From Psammoneis japonica (taxonomy: Eukaryota), in NCBI GenBank assembly GCA_008632985.1, contig QPGO01000220.1:62001-113074 (forward strand): 51,074 nucleotides of DNA, in the 5' to 3' direction. Under the pieces are notes generated by a model, which saw nothing but the letters and a program-made list of their open reading frames with translations, was not told where the DNA came from and made no database searches. Made by a program: the position numbers and the translations under genes. Positions 45,291 through 51,074 of this stretch are shown piece by piece (positions within the stretch are counted from its first letter, which is position 1; every line of letters starts with the position of its first letter).

Positions 45291-46690
45291 GAACGTTCCA
45301 CATGCGAGATCTTGAGTGCAACTCCTGCGGCAACGGCTGCGAAGCGTGCGGTGACACTCCAGATGTCACTTTTTGTCATGGATCGCGATGGTCGTTCGTT
45401 GGATTTCGCCTTTGGTTGCTGTTCATCACACCCCACGTCTCAAACACATGCTCCACGTCAAGGTGCTGTGCTTGTTCACACGCCACACGCTTCTCATCTG
45501 CATCTCTGTTGTCATTTTCCTCTGTCGACTCTGTTCAACAACGAGGACTGCATCGCAACCTTTCTGTTCATTGCCTTTTCGTGTTGCAGACTTTTGCACT
45601 TTATGCTCCAAATGGGATGCTGTCACACTTTGATCCTTCGATTTGATGGTGTCTGTCGTGGCAGGAGCAGGGACTCGGGAAGTGGATGGGTGCTTCTGGA
45701 CGGAAAGAACAGCAAGGTGGTTGCCAAAGGTCGACACCACATTGGAGCGGAAGCCACCAACAATGTTGCGGAGTGCATGGGTGTTTTGGGTGGATTGATG
45801 TTCATTCGCAATGAAGGCATTCAGATTCACAACATGCTGCACGTCCAGGGAGATTCGGAGCTGGTCATCAATCAGTTGAAGGGTGAATGCCAAGTGCGTT
45901 CCCCACGTCTAAGACCGCTCTACAACCACTGTCAAAAGATGCTGTGTGACTTTGACTTTGTGGTGGACTTCAAGCACATTCACCATGATCACAACACGCA
46001 CACTGACAAGCTGGCCAACCAAGCTGTTGATTGGCAGGAAAGTTCTGCCGAGTGGTTGTGAGCTGCAAATTCAACCGGCCAGAGCAGGCAGGGGAGACGG
46101 GGGAAAGCATGTGTTTGTGACCAAGTGCCACCAAAACATCACAGCAGTGGCAGAAATGGTTGTTGTGGGACAATTAGAAGAACTCTTTGCTTTCAGTGCA
46201 CAATGACTTCTAGAAGAAATCGATGTCCAATGATTTTTAGCACATTCACCGGGAGCGCAACAGCGTCGCCGACTGTTTGACCAATGAAGCCATTGATGAT
46301 GAGACTGGTTCTCCCAAGTGGTGTTGCTGCAACAGCAGTAAAAAATCACAGGCACAACTGATCGACTGTCGACAACAAAGAATGACAGAGAGTGGTCAGG
46401 TGTGAGCTGTCGTCATTCGATGCTTTGGTGCACATGCCATGGCAAAACACTGCAACATGCCGACATCATCGACCAGCTCATTCTCGTGCCCTTCAACTTT
46501 GCATTGTGTTCCAAACTTTGAGCATGCCCATCCCAGAACCAAAGCTCACTCATGTCTTCAAACTCCGAAACACAAGTTCCCCGACTCTTTTAGTTTGACA
46601 GCTGGAAGCACAGACATTCACAGGCACTTGCTGCTTGCACTGCTGAAAATGAAATGAGAAAGCCGAGAGACGTCCTAAAGAATCACATTG
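45291..46690 (+). pseudogene. Hypermutated copy of a roughly 1.4-kb segment containing an RNase H gene (RNase H domain 45612-46061)
   Basis: Aligns with 49246-50612; RFDG.CRG, TNNVAEC, VQGDSELVI and KHIHHDHN carry Tyr->Cys/His and Arg->His changes. Confidence 0.9.
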
Positions 46691-46699
46691 CGCCCAACA

Positions 46700-48120
46700 C
46701 ATGGAAAGTTTTTCTTGTGGAAGTGAATGAGGTTCTTGTGGCCAACTTCAAAAGGTGCTCCTTGTTCTTTTTGGTCACTGGTGCCATCACTTGCACACCC
46801 AGCTTCTTGGCCCTTGTCACTCCACTGCTCAGCACTGACCCCAGCCACCCCAGTGGTGCATTTCCAGGGCTCTTTGTCCTGAGAAGCAAGATTTCTAAAG
46901 CCATGATGCCTGCCAATTGGAAGCAGCCTGCACTGGTGTGCAGCTGGGCCTGCTCTGCACCCAGCTGCCCCAAGGTGTGATGCAGCAAGTTGCCAGCACA
47001 GAGAACCCCAAAGCAAATCACTGTGATGGCTTGCACCTCACAGCAACTGTCATGCCAGTGCACGCACCTGAGTGTGAATTCCAGTTGCAATGTCAGAATG
47101 GCACAATGCCACCACACTGCCAATGAAGTGTGCTGAGCAGCACGTTTGCTGGGGGCAGCTCTCCAGTGTGGTTGGAACGAAGTTCGAGATGGAGGAGGGC
47201 TCTTTCAACATCCCACCAGTTTTCTCAAAGTCACAGTCAAAGGCTTGTTGGACAATGGCTGTTTGGAGTGGAAGCACTTTTGTGAAGCCCAGCTGTGTGG
47301 CTGCTCATTTTCAGCTTGGAGACCCCTGAATTCGGTGCACCTGAACCTTTTCTTGCTAAGCTGTTGTTTGATGGTCAAAGCAGCAATGCTGGCAATGATT
47401 TCAAAAGCAAGGGAGGCAACAACAATGCAGAAGACAAGAAAGGTGGTTACAACAACAAGATGCACTGCTTTTTTCTTCATTGTGCTGCAGCTTGCTCCGG
47501 GTGCTGAAGCGGTCAATCTGCGATCATGCTCCACATTTCAGTGCAAGGCAAGCCAGTGGGAGGGCCGCCACAAGGCCATCCATGGTCTGTCCACTGTGCA
47601 GATTTTGGCTGACAACCTGCCAGAAGTTTGTTTTCCATGCGGTCAGGACATGTGAAGCTGGGACAGCAAGAGCTTCAAAAAGAAACCAGAGCAGCCTCGA
47701 CAGCAGCAACAAAACAGCAACAATCTGCTGCTGACATCACACCTTCATTGTCATTGCTGCCAACACAACAGCACTCCAAACTGCAGCACAATGCCAGTTC
47801 CACCATCTCAGCCATGACAGCAAATTTGCGACAACCATCTTCACTGGGAGCGCCGCTGGCACCCCCCTCCAAAAGACAGCGGCCAGGGCAAGAAAAAGAG
47901 GAGGGCCTGTGGTGGCAGCTGACAAACTGCCACTGGCATCCACATCACTTCTCGCTGCAGCAGGAGCAGTGGCACCTGCTGCCTCTGCACCGTCTTTCCA
48001 ACAGCACAGCCACATTGTCAACGCGGTGCAGCAATTGCACGGCACATGGGGGAGCTCTGTGGTTCGAGGAGAGAAAAGTGGGGGTGGCTTTTTGCTTTTT
48101 GTTCAATTTTTGGCTTTGGT
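46700..48120. repeat. TpA/CpG-depleted degenerate sequence
   Basis: Same TG/CA-rich composition as 0.4-10.6 kb; normal composition resumes at about 48140. Confidence 0.6.
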
Positions 48121-48307
48121 GGACAGATGAGCAGACCATACGGTACAAGGCATCTTCTATCCTATCAATCAACATCACCAAGCACAATAAAACGATTGAA
48201 ACCCAAAACGAAGCCGTCTTACTTGATGCTGTCTTCTATCTCATCCTTAAAACTAACACAACCTAACACAACAACAGCATCATACCCTCAACAGCAAACC
48301 AATCAAC

Positions 48308-49206
48308 ATGACAGTCTGTTGGGCCAAAAGATCTTGGGACAGCGGCATCTTTGACAATGGCATGGCGTGGGCATCGCTCGAAAGAAAGCACAGCGATGAT
48401 GCTGTTGCCTCGAAACAACTAAAGACCATTATAAACATTCCAGGTGGACCTGGCAATCCCGCTCCCAGCACTGGATGGGGCGGCAAGGTGGAAATGGGAC
48501 TCCTGCTACCTTTGCTAGAAAAAGGAACGGGTTTTGGAAAGATTATTACCATTGCTCGCAAACGCAACATGCCACTAGGACATACAGTGGCAGATGTTGC
48601 CAAGGATTATGCGGATTGTATTGCGGAAAATGTGGAGGAAGGCAAAGCGGATTTAATGTTGGGGTATCCTATGGTGGTATGATTGGTCAATACCTAGCAG
48701 CCAATCATGCCGACTGCTTTGAGCATATCGTCATCGTGGTGGCGGCCTACGCAGTTGAACCAAAAGGCGCAGCCATAGACTATGCCTTTGCCCAAAAGAT
48801 GAGTGAAGGCAAGCCATTTGCCGCTGGAAAGGAGATATCCAAGGCCATCTTCCCCACTTGGCCTTCATTCCTGGCAGGACTAACCGGTGGCATTATGATG
48901 AAAATGATGTACGGCACTCATGCTCCTCATGAATATGCCGCTTCCGATGTCATGGTCGAAGCCGAGGCAGAAAAGGCCATGGACGCTCGCGATGTTCTTC
49001 TCAAGATCAAGGTCCCAGTTCTACTCATTGCAGGGGAGAAGGATGCATATTTCCCCGTTGAATATACCAATGAAACGGTAGAGCTTATCCCAGATTGTAC
49101 ATTGAAAATGTACGAGGGCAAGGGGCACTTGGATGTTGCCATGGACAAGCAGAGAGTCAGCGCCGACATATTGGAATTCATCAAGGCCCATGAGGCAAAG
49201 TCATGA
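48308..49206 (+). CDS. Alpha/beta-hydrolase (frameshift at the GGGG run about 48661)
   Basis: IPGGPG oxyanion region, nucleophile elbow GVSYGG, IKVPVLLIAGEKD and YEGKGH. Confidence 0.85.
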
Positions 49207-49549
49207 TGGAATCAGAATGGCGGGTTGCATTTCGTTCTCGACCACGAACTTTCTACACGCGAGATCTCAGTACAATTCCTACGACAACGGCTACAAAACG
49301 TGACATCTCCGATCTCTTGGATCTAAAAACCTCGCCCCTCTCGTTGTTGTTCATCACAACCAACACGACCACGTCTCAAACACGGTCCACGCTCCACGTC
49401 AAGAAGATAATGTACTTGTACACGCTACACGCTTCTCATCTGCTTCTCCGTTGTCATTTTCCTCTGTCGACTCTATTCAACAACGAGGACTACATCGCAT
49501 TTCTTTTCTTAACCTTCGTGTTGCAGACTTTACTCCTTTACTCCAAATA

Positions 49550-49999
49550 ATGGTGTACTATCACACTGTGATCCTTCGATTTGATGGTGCCTGTCGTGGC
49601 CGCGACAGGGTCTCGGGAAGTGGATGGGTGCTCCTGGACGGAACGACGGGCAAGGTGGTCGCTAAAGGTCGCTACTACATTGGAACGTACGCCACAAACA
49701 ACGTTGCAGAGTACATGGGCGTTTTGCATGGATTGAAGTTCATTCGCGACGAAGGCATTCAGATTCGCAACACTCTACAAGTCGAGGGAGATTCGGAATT
49801 GGTCATTAAGCACTTGAAGGGTGATTACCAAGTTCGTTCCGCACGTCTAAGACCGCTCTACAGGCGTTGTCGAAAAATGCTTGATGACTTTAATTTTGAC
49901 TCGGACTTTGAGCACATTTACCGTGATCGTAACCAGTTCGCGGACGAGCTGGCCAAGGAAGCCATTGATTGGGGAGAAAGTTCTGCCGAGTGGTCGTGA
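49550..49999 (+). CDS. RNase HI (RNase_HI_like / RVT_3 family), intact copy; may have an upstream exon (acceptor TTGCAG about 49526)
   Basis: LRFDGACRG...GSG, TNNVAEY, VEGDSELVI, HIYRDRNQFADELA carry the acidic catalytic residues. Confidence 0.88.
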   Translation: MVYYHTVILRFDGACRGRDRVSGSGWVLLDGTTGKVVAKGRYYIGTYATNNVAEYMGVLHGLKFIRDEGIQIRNTLQVEGDSELVIKHLKGDYQVRSARLRPLYRRCRKMLDDFNFDSDFEHIYRDRNQFADELAKEAIDWGESSAEWS

Positions 50000-51074
50000 A
50001 GCAACATTCAACCTGCCGGAGAAGGCAGGGGAGACGGGGGAAGCACGTGGGTTTATCACCAATAGCTGTAAAGACATCATATTAGTAGTAAAATAGTTGT
50101 TGGGGGATACCGTTAATTAGAAGACCTCTTTGCTTTCAGTGCTAGCGACTCCTCGAAGACACGTTTGCCGAGATCACAACAGTGCCGCCGACTGTTGGGC
50201 AAATGCAGTCATCGATGACGAGACTAGTTTTTCCGAGTGGTATTGCTGCAATAGCAGTAAAAAATCATGGGTACAACCGATCGACTATTGACAACAAAGA
50301 ACGAAAGAGCGTGGTCAGACAAAAGTTGTCGACATTCGACGCTTTGGTACTTTGGTGTAGTCTACATAGCAAAACAGTGCTTCACGCCGATAACGTCGGC
50401 CAGCTCACACTCGTCCCCTGCATCTTTGTATTGTGTGCCAAACTTTGAGTATGTCCATCCCGAAACCAATACTTATTCATATGATATCTTCAAACTCCGG
50501 ATACAGGAGCCCCGTCTCGTTCTAGTTTTACAGCTGTAGAAGCACAGACAGGTGCTTGCTGTTGCTGGCAATGAACTGAGAAAGCCAAGAGACGTCCGAA
50601 AGAATCGCATTGTGAGAAAATATTGAAGTTCAGCTCTTCCTAACACATACTGCAGGGGGGATTTGGATGGAATTCTCTCCAATCACGCCGATCTGCCATC
50701 ATCTTGAGTTGTGCTTTGGTGTCAAAGATAGGAAGATTGAAGATGATCAATGATCAAGCAGGATCAAAGAGGTCTATGACCATTGATCATGGGTGTGTGT
50801 GCTGTCCGAACGAAAATTGGAAAAAACAAAAAGGTAAAAAAAAAAAGTGGGCTGTCGAAATGGCGTTCTGGCGTCGTTCGCCGTCGGCGCCGTCGTGGGT
50901 ACAGTTAGTACGCAACAGGCCGAAAAGTAGAGCAGCCATAGACAAAAGAGATTGGCATCTTTCAACCATTCTCATAAAGGATTCGCTCGATAGTAATGCG
51001 CCCATCGCTGAAAACGACTCTACTCTCATGGCAGATGTGTCCTCCACTCAAGGAGAGCCGACAGACGACATCGA

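Noticed and set aside
44637..46061. 474-aa ORF as one functional protein
   Set aside because: Probably a read-through of coding, intron-like and RNase H segments after stop erasure; conserved Tyr residues are mutated.
50774..51074. Short ORFs at the window end
   Set aside because: No motifs; a plus-strand gene may start near 51028, but too little sequence is present to support it.

Overview
Eukaryotic nuclear DNA, most likely from a pennate diatom: genes are compact with short spliceosomal introns, and several carry bipartite signal + ASAF-type plastid presequences. Gene-dense blocks encode acetolactate synthase, a PQ-loop protein, P5CS, an adenosylhomocysteinase-like protein, ELP1, plastid RimM, a SNF2 helicase, an unusual Ham1/ThyX-like fusion, a nucleotidyltransferase-RING protein, a DUF4149-like membrane protein, an alpha/beta hydrolase and RNase H. 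These alternate with repeat-like domains at about 0.4-10.6, 21.6-22.7 and 39.3-48.1 kb, which include a full-length Ty3/Gypsy LTR retrotransposon. The main signal is that TpA dinucleotides in these domains have been converted to TpG or CpA (A:T->G:C, both strands), the reverse of fungal RIP. The two 162-bp LTRs differ at exactly 10 sites, all TpA->TpG/CpA in one LTR, while all 10 CpGs are unchanged. Conserved Tyr codons in the retrotransposon and in a duplicated RNase H gene have become Cys/His. This suggests a domain-targeted, post-integration TpA hypermutation (genome-defence) process that I do not recognise from established literature. A basecalling artefact at modified bases must still be excluded. 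All calls were made by eye, with no database searches.
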